Shown here piece by piece: positions 18,487 to 27,661 of a stretch of 64,000 bases of DNA (positions are counted from its first letter, which is position 1; each line of letters begins with the position of its first letter). Location of the stretch: the NCBI GenBank assembly GCA_002327445.1, contig DCWA01000019.1, positions 7,035 through 71,034 on the forward strand, in the 5' to 3' direction. The notes below the pieces were generated by a model. It was not told the origin of the DNA, searched no databases, and saw only the letters and a program-made list of their open reading frames with translations. The DNA comes from Desulfobacteraceae bacterium UBA2174. GTDB lineage: Bacteria; Desulfobacterota; Desulfobacteria; Desulfobacterales; UBA2174. Position numbers and translations under genes: made by a program.

Positions 18487-20040
18487 ATGAGCCTGGTGCA
18501 AGACAAGATTCAGGAACTGGAGCAGCGAGCCGCCGCGATCCGGCAGATGGGAGGTGAAGCCGCGGTGGCCAAGCACAAGGAAAAGGGGCGGCTCACGGCC
18601 CGGGAGCGCCTGGCGGCCCTCTTCGACCCGGACACGTTCCGGGAGATCGACATGTTCGTCACCCACCGTTGCGTAAATTTCGGGATGCAGGATGTCGAGA
18701 TTCCCGGCGACGGCGTCATCACCGGTCATGGGCTGGTGGACGGCCGGCCCGTTTTTGCCTTCGCCCAGGATTTCACCAGCCGGGCCGGCAGCCTCGGGGA
18801 AATGCACGCCAAAAAGATCTGCAAGGTGATGGACCTGGCGCTCAAGGCCGGGGTGCCCTTCGTCGGGCTCAACGACTCCGGCGGCGCACGGATTCAGGAA
18901 GGGGTCGACGCCTTGTCCGGTTACGGGCAGATCTTTTACCGCAATTCCCAGGCCTCGGGCACCATCCCCCAGATTTCGGCCATCATGGGGCCGACGGCCG
19001 GCGGTGCGGTCTATTCGCCGGCCATGACCGATTTCATCTTCATGGTCAAGAACACCAGCTACATGTTCATCACCGGCCCCGAGGTGATCAAGTCGGTCAC
19101 CGGCGAGGAAATCACCTTCGAGGACCTCGGCGGCGCCATGACCCACAACGAAAAGAGCGGGGTGGCGCACTTCGCCTGCGATTCGGACGCCGAGGCGCTG
19201 GCGCAGATCCGCGGCCTGCTGTCCTATCTGCCGTCCAACAACATGGAAGATCCGCCCCGGGTGCCGTGCACCGACGACCCTCGGCGCACCGATCCGGCCC
19301 TGGACGCCATCGTGCCCGACATTCCCAACCAGTCCTACGACATGAAGGACGTGATCCGCTCCATCGTGGACAACGGAGATTTCTTCGAACCCCACCAGTA
19401 CTTCGCCCGGAACATGGTGGTCTGTTTCGCCCGGCTCAACGGGCGCACCATCGGCATCATCGCCAACCAGCCGAAGATGTTGGCCGGCTGCCTGGACATC
19501 GACGCCTCGGACAAGGCCACGCGCTTCATCCGGTTCTGCGATGCCTTCAACATTCCGATGCTCACCATCGCCGACGTGCCCGGCTACCTGCCCGGCAGCC
19601 AGCAGGAGTGGGGCGGGATCATCCGCCACGGCGCCAAGCTGCTCTGGTGCTACTCGGAGGCCACGGTGCCCAAGCTCCTGCTGGTCACCCGCAAGGATTA
19701 CGGCGGCTCTTACCTGGCCATGTGCAGCAAGGACCTCGGGGCCGACATGGCCTTCGCCTGGCCCACGGCGGAGATCGCCGTGATGGGGGCCGCCGGTGCC
19801 GCCAACATCATCCATCGCAAGGAGATCAAGGGTGCCGCGGACCCGGCGGCCAAGCGCAAGGAAAAGATCGCCGAGTACGAAACCCTCTTCTCCAATCCTT
19901 ACTGCGCCGCGGCGCGGGGCTACGTGGACGACGTGATCGCGCCCCGGGACAGCCGGCCGCGGCTCATCGAGGCCCTGGAGATCATGTGCAGCAAACGCGA
20001 ACTGCGACCGCCCAAGAAACACGGCAACATTCCGATGTAG
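18487..20040 (+). CDS. Methylmalonyl-CoA carboxyltransferase 12S subunit / propionyl-CoA carboxylase beta-type
   Basis: 517 aa. ...GRLTARERL..LFD..TF.E...GDGVITGHG.VDGRPV..FAQDFT...GSLGE is a typical carboxyltransferase. Confidence 0.9.
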   Translation: MSLVQDKIQELEQRAAAIRQMGGEAAVAKHKEKGRLTARERLAALFDPDTFREIDMFVTHRCVNFGMQDVEIPGDGVITGHGLVDGRPVFAFAQDFTSRAGSLGEMHAKKICKVMDLALKAGVPFVGLNDSGGARIQEGVDALSGYGQIFYRNSQASGTIPQISAIMGPTAGGAVYSPAMTDFIFMVKNTSYMFITGPEVIKSVTGEEITFEDLGGAMTHNEKSGVAHFACDSDAEALAQIRGLLSYLPSNNMEDPPRVPCTDDPRRTDPALDAIVPDIPNQSYDMKDVIRSIVDNGDFFEPHQYFARNMVVCFARLNGRTIGIIANQPKMLAGCLDIDASDKATRFIRFCDAFNIPMLTIADVPGYLPGSQQEWGGIIRHGAKLLWCYSEATVPKLLLVTRKDYGGSYLAMCSKDLGADMAFAWPTAEIAVMGAAGAANIIHRKEIKGAADPAAKRKEKIAEYETLFSNPYCAAARGYVDDVIAPRDSRPRLIEALEIMCSKRELRPPKKHGNIPM

Positions 20041-20078
20041 CCGCCGGGCCAAACGCGATGTCAAAGACGGGAGCAACC

Positions 20079-20300
20079 ATGGATACCAAGAAGATGGCGG
20101 CCGTCGGCGCGGCGGTCTTGCAATACATCCGCAGCGAGGAGGAGGCCCTCATGGCCAGCCTGTCGCTGGCACGGATGGCGGCGCCAGCCCCCCAGATCCC
20201 GCTGGCAGCCAAACCCTGGGCGTTCAATGGCCGGCAGCAGCAGATGGAGATGCGCAACCTGATGCAGCTGCGGATCTTCGCCGGGGCAAGGCTCAGATAA
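20079..20300 (+). CDS. Small operon-internal ORF, possibly an OadG-like/epsilon-type accessory subunit of the biotin enzyme
   Basis: 73 aa. GGAG lies 7 nt upstream of the ATG at 20079. MDTKKMAAVGAAVLQYIRSEEEA...PWAFNGRQQQMEMRNLMQLR resembles small subunits next to carboxyltransferases, from weak memory. It lies inside an alternate-frame track ORF. Confidence 0.4.
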   Translation: MDTKKMAAVGAAVLQYIRSEEEALMASLSLARMAAPAPQIPLAAKPWAFNGRQQQMEMRNLMQLRIFAGARLR

Positions 20301-20305
20301 AAAAA

Positions 20306-20441
20306 AGTTACAAGTGACGAGTGAGCTAAAGTGACTAAAGTGAAGCCGCGCCCCGGGAGGCGGCTCTCTACAAGAAGAAAACAGGCGCGAAGCGCTTCCA
20401 CAACTTTAGCTCACTTTAGGCATTCGACACTTTAGCTCACT
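20306..20441. repeat. Composite intergenic element A: AAAGTGAC/AAAGTGAGCT-type tandem units, unique core, then the inverted units (CTTTAGCTCAC)
   Basis: Left GTGAGCTAAAGTG is the exact complement of right CACTTTAGCTCAC, which is present twice. The core holds small GC hairpins (GCCGC...GCGGC; GCGC-GAA-GCGC). Confidence 0.8.
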
Positions 20442-20472
20442 TTTCTTTCGATTTTTTTAAAAGGAGAATCCC

Positions 20473-22521
20473 ATGAGCGACCACGACCAGTTGAAATTGA
20501 CGGCGATGAACTATGCTCCGGACCGTCCCAAGGCGGACAACCCGGTCAAGATCGAGGATTTGAGTCTGCGTGACGGTCACCAGAGCCTGTTCGCCACCCG
20601 CGGGCGCACCGAGGACATGATTCCGGTGGCCGAGCTGATGGACCAGGTGGGTTTCTGGGCCATGGAGGTCTGGGGCGGCGCGACCTTCGACACGATGCAC
20701 CGGTTCTTGAACGAGGATCCCTGGGAGCGGATCCGCACCCTGAAGCGCTACATCAAGAAAACGCCGTTTTCGATGCTGCTGCGCGGTCAAAATCTGGTGG
20801 GCTACCGCAACTACGCCGATGACGTGGCCGAGGTCTTCGTGGAACGGGCCGCGGAAAACGGGATGGACATCTTCCGGACCTTCGACGCCCTCAACGACTA
20901 CCGCAATTTCGAGACCGTAGTGCCGGTGATCAAGCGTTGCGGCAAGCATTTCCAGGGCTGCATCTGCTACAGCCTCACCGAGCCGCGTCTCGGCGGTGAG
21001 GTGTATAACATCGATTACTATGTCTCCAAGGCCAAGGACTTGCAGGCCATGGGGGCCGACAGCGTCTGCATCAAGGACATGGCCGGTCTCATCGCGCCCT
21101 ACGACGCCTACGCGATCGTCAAGGCGATCAAGCAGGTGGTGACAGTGCCGGTTCACCTGCATAGCCACTTCACCTCGGGCATGAGCGCCATGAGCCACCT
21201 GAAGGCCATCGAGGCGGGGGTGGATATCGTGGACACCTGCATGTCGCCATACGCCTTCCGCACGAGCCACCCGGCCATCGAGCCGCTGGTGATGGGCCTG
21301 ATCGGCACCAACCGCGACACGGGCTTCGACATCCGGCTCCTGGCCCGGATCAACGACATTTTGGAGAAGCAGGTGATGCCGAAGTACCGGCACCTGCTTG
21401 ACGACACCAAGATGTCGATCATCGACATCAACGTGCTGCTGCACCAGACCCCGGGCGGGATGTTGAGCAACCTGGTCAACCAGTTGCGCGAGATGGACAA
21501 ACTGGACAAGATCGACGAGGTCTTCAAGGAGTTGCCGCGGGTGCGCAGGGAACTGGGGCAGGTGCCGCTGGTGACCCCGACCAGCCAGATCGTGGGGATC
21601 CAGACGGTCAACAACGTGCTCTTCGACGACGAGAACGAGCGCTACAAGATGATCACCGCCCAGGTGAAGGACCTGTGCTACGGCCTGTACGGCAAGACGG
21701 CGATCCCCATCGACCCGGAGGTCCAGAAGAAGGCATTGAAGGGTTACGCCCGGGGCGAGGAGCCCATCACCTGCCGCCCGGCCGAGGTTCTGGAGCCCGA
21801 GCTGCCCAAAGCCAAAAAAGAGATCGGCGACTTGGCGGTGGATACCGACGACCTGATCACGTACGCCCTGTATCCCGTGACGGGCAAACGCTTCCTCAAC
21901 TGGAAGTACGGCAAGGAGCCGGTGCCCGAGGAGGTGCGTCCCATCACCCTGGAGCAGGTGCACCAACGCCAGGAATTGGTCAAGAAGGCGCTGGCCGGCG
22001 AATTGGTGGAAAAGCCCGCCAAGGAGGCCCCGGAAAAGAGCGCCTCGGCCCGGACCTTCAACGTCTTCGTGGACGGCGAATACTTCGAGGTGGGCGTCGA
22101 CGAGGTGGGGGGCAGCCCGGTGCTGAGCTACATCCAGCAGATGTCGATGATGCCGACGGCGCCGATGGCGCCGATGGCCGCCGTGCCGATTGCCGCCGCG
22201 CCGATGGCGGCGGCACCGAAACCGGCCCCTGCGGCGCCGGCGCCTCGGCCGGCCCCGGAAGCCAAGGCGGAAGCCTCCAAGGCGGCAGCGCCGGCGGGCG
22301 CGGTCTCCGGAACTCCGCTCACCGCGCCCATGCCGGGGATGATCGTCAGCGTGGCCAAGAATGTGGGCGACACCGTGGAAAAGGGCGATACGGTGATCGT
22401 GCTGGAGGCGATGAAGATGGAAAACGCCCTGCCGGCGCCGGTGAGCGGGAAGATCAAGGCGATCAACGTGGCCCAGGGCGCCAGCGTGGCCAAGGGGGCC
22501 GTGCTGGCGGTGATCGGCTAG
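20473..22521 (+). CDS. Transcarboxylase 5S-type carboxyltransferase (oxaloacetate decarboxylase alpha-like) fused to a biotin carboxyl-carrier domain
   Basis: 682 aa. ...IEDLSLRDGHQSL.. is the TIM-barrel pyruvate carboxyltransferase domain. An Ala/Pro-rich linker leads to a C-terminal biotinyl domain with EAMKMEN. Confidence 0.9.
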   Translation: MSDHDQLKLTAMNYAPDRPKADNPVKIEDLSLRDGHQSLFATRGRTEDMIPVAELMDQVGFWAMEVWGGATFDTMHRFLNEDPWERIRTLKRYIKKTPFSMLLRGQNLVGYRNYADDVAEVFVERAAENGMDIFRTFDALNDYRNFETVVPVIKRCGKHFQGCICYSLTEPRLGGEVYNIDYYVSKAKDLQAMGADSVCIKDMAGLIAPYDAYAIVKAIKQVVTVPVHLHSHFTSGMSAMSHLKAIEAGVDIVDTCMSPYAFRTSHPAIEPLVMGLIGTNRDTGFDIRLLARINDILEKQVMPKYRHLLDDTKMSIIDINVLLHQTPGGMLSNLVNQLREMDKLDKIDEVFKELPRVRRELGQVPLVTPTSQIVGIQTVNNVLFDDENERYKMITAQVKDLCYGLYGKTAIPIDPEVQKKALKGYARGEEPITCRPAEVLEPELPKAKKEIGDLAVDTDDLITYALYPVTGKRFLNWKYGKEPVPEEVRPITLEQVHQRQELVKKALAGELVEKPAKEAPEKSASARTFNVFVDGEYFEVGVDEVGGSPVLSYIQQMSMMPTAPMAPMAAVPIAAAPMAAAPKPAPAAPAPRPAPEAKAEASKAAAPAGAVSGTPLTAPMPGMIVSVAKNVGDTVEKGDTVIVLEAMKMENALPAPVSGKIKAINVAQGASVAKGAVLAVIG

Positions 22522-22684
22522 CAAAGTGCCTAAAGTTACGAGTGCCTACAGTTGCAAGTGCCTAAAGTGACGAGTGACTAAAGTGCCTAAAGTTAAGGAA
22601 TTCTGCCATCTCAAATACAGGGGGGCAGTGCCCCCCTTAACTTTAGGTCCCTTTGGTCCCTGAAGTCCTTTACGTCCTTTTCCC
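22522..22684. repeat. Composite intergenic element B: AAAGTGCCT/AAAGTTACGA units, GC hairpin core, right arm switching to GTCCCTTT-type units
   Basis: CCTAAAGTTAAGG (left) pairs with CCTTAACTTTAGG (right). The core hairpin is GGGGGGC-AGT-GCCCCCC. The right arm reads GGTCCCTTTGGTCCCTGAAGTCCTTTACGTCCTTTT. Confidence 0.8.
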
Positions 22685-22707
22685 AAAAGTTTCACAAGGA
22701 GTTAAAA

Positions 22708-23868
22708 ATGAAAATCCACGAATACCAGGCCAAGGAGCTTTTTGGCCGGTACGATGTCCCCATCCCCGCGGGGCGGGCCGCCTTTTCGGTCGACGAGGCC
22801 GTGGCTGCCGCAGATGCCCTCGGGGGGTATCCGGTGGTCGTCAAGGCCCAGATCCACGCCGGCGGCCGCGGGAAGGGCGGCGGCGTGAAGCTGGCCCGTA
22901 GCGCCGGGGATGTGACGACGGTGGCCGGACAGATCCTCGGCATGACCCTGGTGACCCATCAGACCGGGCCTGAAGGCCGGCTGGTCAAAAAGGTGCTGGT
23001 GGAGCAGGGCCTCGATATCGCCAAGGAGCTGTACCTGAGCCTCCTGCCCGACCGCGGCAGCGCCAAGTACCTCATCATGGCCAGCGAGGCGGGCGGGATG
23101 GACATCGAGAAAGTGGCTGCCGAAACGCCGGAAAAGATCGTCAAGGTATGGGTCGATCCGCTCATCGGGCTCCAGTCCTTTCATGTGCGCGAGGTCGGTT
23201 TCGGCCTGAACCTGCCGCCGGCGGCGATGAAGCCGTTTACCAAGCTGCTGACGAACCTGTTCAGGCTCTTTGTCGAGCTGGATTGCTCCCTGGTGGAAAT
23301 CAACCCCTTGGTGCTTACCGCCGACGACCGGGTCCTGGCCCTGGACGCCAAAATCAACTTCGACGACAACGCCCTCTATCGCCACAAGGACATCCTCGCG
23401 TACCGCGACCTGGACGAGGAAGATCCCCTGGAGGTGGAGGCCTCGGCCCACCACCTCAACTATATCAAACTCGATGGCAACGTGGGCAACATGGTCAACG
23501 GCGCCGGCCTGGCCATGGCGACCATGGACATCATCAAGCGCGCCGGGGCATCGCCGGCCAATTTTCTGGACGTCGGCGGCGGGGCCAGCGCCGAGATGGT
23601 GGAGAACGGTTTCCGCATCATCCTCTCGGACCCCAACGTCAAGGGGATTTTGATCAACATCTTCGGCGGCATCCTGCGCTGCGACGTGCTGGCCCAAGGG
23701 GTGGTGGAAGCCGCCAAGAAGACCAGGGTCAGCGTGCCGGTGGTCGTGCGCATGGAGGGGACCAACGTCGAGGAGGGACGGCGCATCCTGGCCGAATCGG
23801 GACTCGACCTGACCGGTGCGGTGGATCTGAAGGATGCGGCGGCCAAAGTGGCCAGTATTGTGAAGTGA
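22708..23868 (+). CDS. sucC: Succinyl-CoA synthetase beta subunit
   Basis: [20 protein letters not shown]...[19 protein letters not shown]. Confidence 0.95.
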   Translation: MKIHEYQAKELFGRYDVPIPAGRAAFSVDEAVAAADALGGYPVVVKAQIHAGGRGKGGGVKLARSAGDVTTVAGQILGMTLVTHQTGPEGRLVKKVLVEQGLDIAKELYLSLLPDRGSAKYLIMASEAGGMDIEKVAAETPEKIVKVWVDPLIGLQSFHVREVGFGLNLPPAAMKPFTKLLTNLFRLFVELDCSLVEINPLVLTADDRVLALDAKINFDDNALYRHKDILAYRDLDEEDPLEVEASAHHLNYIKLDGNVGNMVNGAGLAMATMDIIKRAGASPANFLDVGGGASAEMVENGFRIILSDPNVKGILINIFGGILRCDVLAQGVVEAAKKTRVSVPVVVRMEGTNVEEGRRILAESGLDLTGAVDLKDAAAKVASIVK

Positions 23869-24103
23869 CTAAAGTTACGAGTGACTAAAGTTACGAGTGA
23901 CTAAAGTGACTAAAGTTTAAAGTGGCTAAAGTTCTTTTAGGGGAAGGATTCGACGATTCAAATTGCCGGAGCGAAGCGACTCCTGAACTTTAGGCACTTT
24001 AGTTCACTTTAGGCACTTTAGTTCACTTTAGGCACTTTAGGCACTTTAGCTCACTTTAGGCACTTTAGCTCACTTTAGGCACTTTAGTTCATTTTAGACA
24101 CTT
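23863..24103. repeat. Composite intergenic element C (largest): ~7 AAAGTGACT/AAAGTTACGAGTGACT units, core, then ~12 inverted CTTTAGGCA/CTTTAGTTCA/CTTTAGCTCA units
   Basis: Read directly. The left arm starts at the sucC stop codon. The arms are about 90% complementary unit-for-unit: AGTGACTAAAGT vs the reverse complement AGTGCCTAAAGT. Confidence 0.85.
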
Positions 24104-24123
24104 CCTATCCGAAAGGGTTTCGC

Positions 24124-25002
24124 ATGAGCATCTTCGTCAACGCAGACACCCGTGTCCTGGTGCAGGGCATCACCGGGCGCGAGGGGCAATTCCACACCCG
24201 CCAGTGCCTCGCCTATGGCACCCGGGTGGTGGCCGGGGTCACGCCGGGCAAGGGCGGGCAAAAAATGGATGAGGTGCCGGTCTTCGACACCGTGCGTCAG
24301 GCCATGGCCGCCACCGGCGCCAACTGCAGCCTGATCTTCGTTCCGCCGCCCTTTGCCGCCGATGCCATCCTGGAGTCGGCGGAAGCCGGCATATCGGTCA
24401 TCGTGGCCATCACCGAAGGGATTCCGGTGATGGACATGCTGAAGGTCAAAAATTTCATTCAAAACAAGATGCTGCGCCTCATCGGGCCCAACTGCCCGGG
24501 GATCATCACGCCAGGTGCCTGCAAGATCGGCATCATGCCGGCGGCGATCCACAAACCCGGCGGCCCCATCGGGGTCGTTTCCCGTAGCGGGACACTGACC
24601 TACGAGGTAGTTCACCAGCTCACCGGCCAGGGGATCGGTCAGACCACTTGCATCGGCATCGGCGGCGATCCGGTCAACGGGACCAACTTCATCGACTGCC
24701 TCAAGGCGTTCGAAGAAGACCCGGATACCCGGGGCATCGTGATGGTGGGAGAGATCGGCGGTTCAGCCGAGGAAGAGGCCGCGGCCTGGATCGCGGCCAA
24801 TGGGTCCAAGCCGGTGGTGGGGTTCATCGCCGGGCTCACCGCCCCCCCGGGCCGCCGCATGGGCCACGCCGGGGCCATCGTCAGCGGGGGCAGCGGTACC
24901 GCCGAGGGCAAGATCGCTGCCATGCGACAGAGCGGGATCGCGGTCTGCGAGGACCTGGGCACCCTGGGCGAGATGTGCAAGAGGGTGTTTGGCAAAAGCT
25001 GA
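24124..25002 (+). CDS. sucD: Succinyl-CoA synthetase alpha subunit
   Basis: [25 protein letters not shown]...SRSGTLTYE...GIGGDP...GHAGAI. Confidence 0.95.
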   Translation: MSIFVNADTRVLVQGITGREGQFHTRQCLAYGTRVVAGVTPGKGGQKMDEVPVFDTVRQAMAATGANCSLIFVPPPFAADAILESAEAGISVIVAITEGIPVMDMLKVKNFIQNKMLRLIGPNCPGIITPGACKIGIMPAAIHKPGGPIGVVSRSGTLTYEVVHQLTGQGIGQTTCIGIGGDPVNGTNFIDCLKAFEEDPDTRGIVMVGEIGGSAEEEAAAWIAANGSKPVVGFIAGLTAPPGRRMGHAGAIVSGGSGTAEGKIAAMRQSGIAVCEDLGTLGEMCKRVFGKS

Positions 25003-25050
25003 AGCACCCTCTTTTTTACCGTCAAGACACCGCGTCGGAGCACAATGTCA

Positions 25051-25086
25051 GACAGGTCGGACCCAGCCGGACCGGTCTGACCTGTC
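25051..25086 (+). terminator. Strong hairpin after sucD (13-bp stem, no U-tract): possible operon-end or RNA-stability element
   Basis: GACAGGTCGGACC / GGTCTGACCTGTC with one G-U pair, loop CAGCCGGACC. It is followed by CGAAAAAG, so it is not a canonical intrinsic terminator. Confidence 0.35.
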
Positions 25087-25122
25087 CGAAAAAGCAAACG
25101 CTTGAAACATTAAAGGGTTTTC

Positions 25123-25488
25123 ATGCACGAAATGGGTTTGGCTCTGGAAATCATCGATATCGCCACGGCTTCGATCCCGGCCGATTTGGCCGGGACGCGG
25201 GTGGAGCGGATCAACCTCACCGTCGGCAAGCTCTCGGCCGTGGTGCCTGAAAGCCTGCGATTCTGCTTTCAGGTCGCCAGCCGTGAGACAGCGGTGGAGG
25301 GTGCCGAACTGCATATCGAGGAAGTCCCCGTGGTGGCGCGATGCAAGCAGTGCCGGCACGAGTGGACCATCGATGAACCGGTGTTTCGTTGCCCGGCCTG
25401 CGACGCGACAACCATTGAGGTCGTATCGGGCCGGGAGCTGGACATCCGTTCCATCGAACTGGAAGACAAAGAAGAAAAAGGACAGTAG
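25123..25488 (+). CDS. hypA: Hydrogenase nickel-insertion protein HypA
   Basis: MHEMGLALEIIDIA... and a zinc ribbon CKQC...CPAC. Confidence 0.9.
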   Translation: MHEMGLALEIIDIATASIPADLAGTRVERINLTVGKLSAVVPESLRFCFQVASRETAVEGAELHIEEVPVVARCKQCRHEWTIDEPVFRCPACDATTIEVVSGRELDIRSIELEDKEEKGQ

Positions 25489-25490
25489 AA

Positions 25491-26285
25491 ATGCCGTTTT
25501 CCCTGTTTCGCACCGTCATCCGCCGCCACCATGACCACGGCCGTCCCCATCACCATCCCCACGACCACTCCCATGAGGATCATGAGACGGTGCGTTCCGG
25601 CGCGGGTCGGGAAATCAAGGTAGTGCGCCGGGTCCTGGACGCCAACGACCGGATGGCCCAGGCCAACCGCCGCCTCTTCGCTGCGCACAACATCTTCGTG
25701 CTCAACGTGATGAGTTCCCCCGGATCCGGCAAGACCACCGTTTTGATGCGCACCTTGGGCCAGTTGATGCCCGACCTGCGCTGCGCGGTGATCGTGGGCG
25801 ACATCTGCTCTACCCTGGACGCCGACCGGTTGTCCGTTTCCGGGGCGCCAGTGGTTCAGGTCAACACGGACGAATTCGGCGGCGACTGCCACCTGGCGGC
25901 CCACGTCATCGAACGGGCCGCAGCCGAGCTTCCGCTGGACGATCTCGATGTGCTGATCGTGGAAAACGTGGGGAACCTCGTCTGCCCGGCGGAGTTCGAC
26001 ATCGGCGAGGACCGGCGCGTGGTGATCCTCAGCACCACCGAGGGCGAGGAGAAGCCGATCAAATATCCGCTGATGTTCCGGCTCTGCCAGGCCACGCTGC
26101 TCAACAAGATCGACTTGCTCCCCTACCTGGATTACGACCGCCAGCTGGCGCTCAGGAACATCCGCCAGATCCAACCGGACATGTCCATCTTCGAACTCTC
26201 CGCCAAGACCGGCGAGGGCTTCGATCCCTGGATCGCCTGGCTCAGGTCCCAGATCGCTGCCAAGCGGGGCACCGCCAAGGGTTGA
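25491..26285 (+). CDS. hypB: Hydrogenase maturation GTPase HypB (His-rich N-terminus)
   Basis: HHDHGRPHHHPHDHSHEDHE, P-loop SSPGSGKTT, then ...ENVGNLVCPA... Confidence 0.9.
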   Translation: MPFSLFRTVIRRHHDHGRPHHHPHDHSHEDHETVRSGAGREIKVVRRVLDANDRMAQANRRLFAAHNIFVLNVMSSPGSGKTTVLMRTLGQLMPDLRCAVIVGDICSTLDADRLSVSGAPVVQVNTDEFGGDCHLAAHVIERAAAELPLDDLDVLIVENVGNLVCPAEFDIGEDRRVVILSTTEGEEKPIKYPLMFRLCQATLLNKIDLLPYLDYDRQLALRNIRQIQPDMSIFELSAKTGEGFDPWIAWLRSQIAAKRGTAKG

Positions 26286-26328
26286 TGGCGGACGGATTCC
26301 CTCAATCGCACCGCCGTGGCGCCAGCCG

Positions 26329-27480
26329 CTAGAAGCGATACATGGCGGCCACCGGATGTTGGTCGGGAACTTCCGCCGGCGGGACGGCGTATACCGTTCC
26401 TCCCTTGAGCAGGCATTGAATCGCCGCCAGGTCGAGCAGATCCCCGTCTCCGACTTCAGGCGTCGAATGGATTTCACAGCGGTTCAGCTGCGGGTCGCAG
26501 CGGCCCCATACCTGGACCCCGACGGCGACAAACAGGGTCCCCACCCTTCCATGATGGGCCGCCAGTACCGCTTCTTCCACGTTGCTGGTGGTCTGGCCCG
26601 TGCCGGCGAGGCGGCGATATCGGTCGGCGGCCTCCTCCCGTTCCCCCTTGAACACGGGTTCCACCAACGGCCATGCCTGCCCGTGAAGCTCTTCGGGTTT
26701 CAATCCTTCCGGACTTCCCGCCACGCCTTCCGCTATCAGGTGCGCATAGGTGTTGGCCTCCCGGTAGAGCGGAAACAGGGAATCGACCCCGGCCAGCACC
26801 AGGGGCGCCTTGGCGTCGCCGAGTACCTCGCGGAGTTTTCTGTCGATCATTCGGAACCAGCGAGCCAGCTTGTCCTTGTTTTCCTTGCTGAGATCGTGGC
26901 CGAAGAACATGGCCGCACGCTCTCCGGCGCCGGACGGAGGGCCGGTGTGAGATTGCAACTGCCTTTCCGTGGCAGTTTCCCCCGCGGATTCGGCGAGGCT
27001 GAGGGGCAAGTCTCCCAGTTCGACTTCGAAGGCGGTTTGGCGGGTGGCTTCGAGCAGCCGCACCCGGTTTTGACTCAGGGCCAGGATGAAAAAGCGACTG
27101 TCGCTGGTGAGCAGGGAGAGCAGGGGTTTGATGTGGAATCGTTCCGAAACCACCAGGGTTTCTTCGAAGGTCACCGGAAGGCGGAAGGCATGGATGCCAT
27201 CGACGGAAAAAAAAACCGCCAACCCGTCGCTGCGGCTTTTCCAGAACCCTCCATCCTGCAGCAGTTGGTAGGCGTTCTTGAGCCGGTCGCGCACCTCGGG
27301 GGTGCGTAGCCCCTGGGTCAGGAAGCGGTTTTCCGCCTCCCGCAGCAGGTTCTTGAAGCGGATCCGATCCTGCTCCGCTTCGCGCCCGGCGCGATGGGTC
27401 GGCATGTAAAGGGAGACGCACCAGTTAAAACGGGTTTCCAAAAAGCGCTCTTTCAGTTCTTCGAGGGTGATCCTATCCAT
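26329..27480 (-). CDS. Hypothetical protein resembling bacterial eRF1-like (baeRF) family proteins
   Basis: ATG at 27480 with AAGGAG upstream. MDRITLEELKERFLETRFNWCVSLYMPTHRAGREAEQDRIRFKNLL... and ...APLVLAGVDSLFPLY...HHGRVGTLFV match my memory of the baeRF/host-attachment-like layout. Not verifiable here. Confidence 0.45.
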   Translation of the reverse strand: MDRITLEELKERFLETRFNWCVSLYMPTHRAGREAEQDRIRFKNLLREAENRFLTQGLRTPEVRDRLKNAYQLLQDGGFWKSRSDGLAVFFSVDGIHAFRLPVTFEETLVVSERFHIKPLLSLLTSDSRFFILALSQNRVRLLEATRQTAFEVELGDLPLSLAESAGETATERQLQSHTGPPSGAGERAAMFFGHDLSKENKDKLARWFRMIDRKLREVLGDAKAPLVLAGVDSLFPLYREANTYAHLIAEGVAGSPEGLKPEELHGQAWPLVEPVFKGEREEAADRYRRLAGTGQTTSNVEEAVLAAHHGRVGTLFVAVGVQVWGRCDPQLNRCEIHSTPEVGDGDLLDLAAIQCLLKGGTVYAVPPAEVPDQHPVAAMYRF

Positions 27481-27661
27481 GAAATGGGTCTCCTTTTGCC
27501 CGGCTTGCCCGTCCGGCCGAAGCATGGCGCCGGCAAATCCGGGGTGATGTGAGCATCTCCGAGACAGGATGGCGGAAAACCGGGTGTGCCAAATCCCTCA
27601 GGCGGCGAGGATCCTCCTTTCTTCGATCGAATGGACTGCGGACAATGCCAGTCCCGCCCGG

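Noticed and set aside
18457-20300. 539-aa minus ORF (18457-20076) and 543-aa alternate-frame plus ORF (18669-20300)
   Set aside because: Both overlap the well-supported 12S carboxyltransferase gene. Only the last 73 codons of the plus alternate frame (20079-20300), which lie beyond the 12S stop, are considered potentially real.
20437-22524. 695-aa minus-strand ORF
   Set aside because: Antisense to the 5S carboxyltransferase/biotin-carrier gene. It contains runs such as RRRRRRGRFRCRRHRRGG and is not protein-like.
23863-24103. Possible CRISPR array (regularly spaced short repeats)
   Set aside because: The units are contiguous 9-10-mers with no unique spacers, the two halves are inverted relative to each other, and there are no cas genes in the window.
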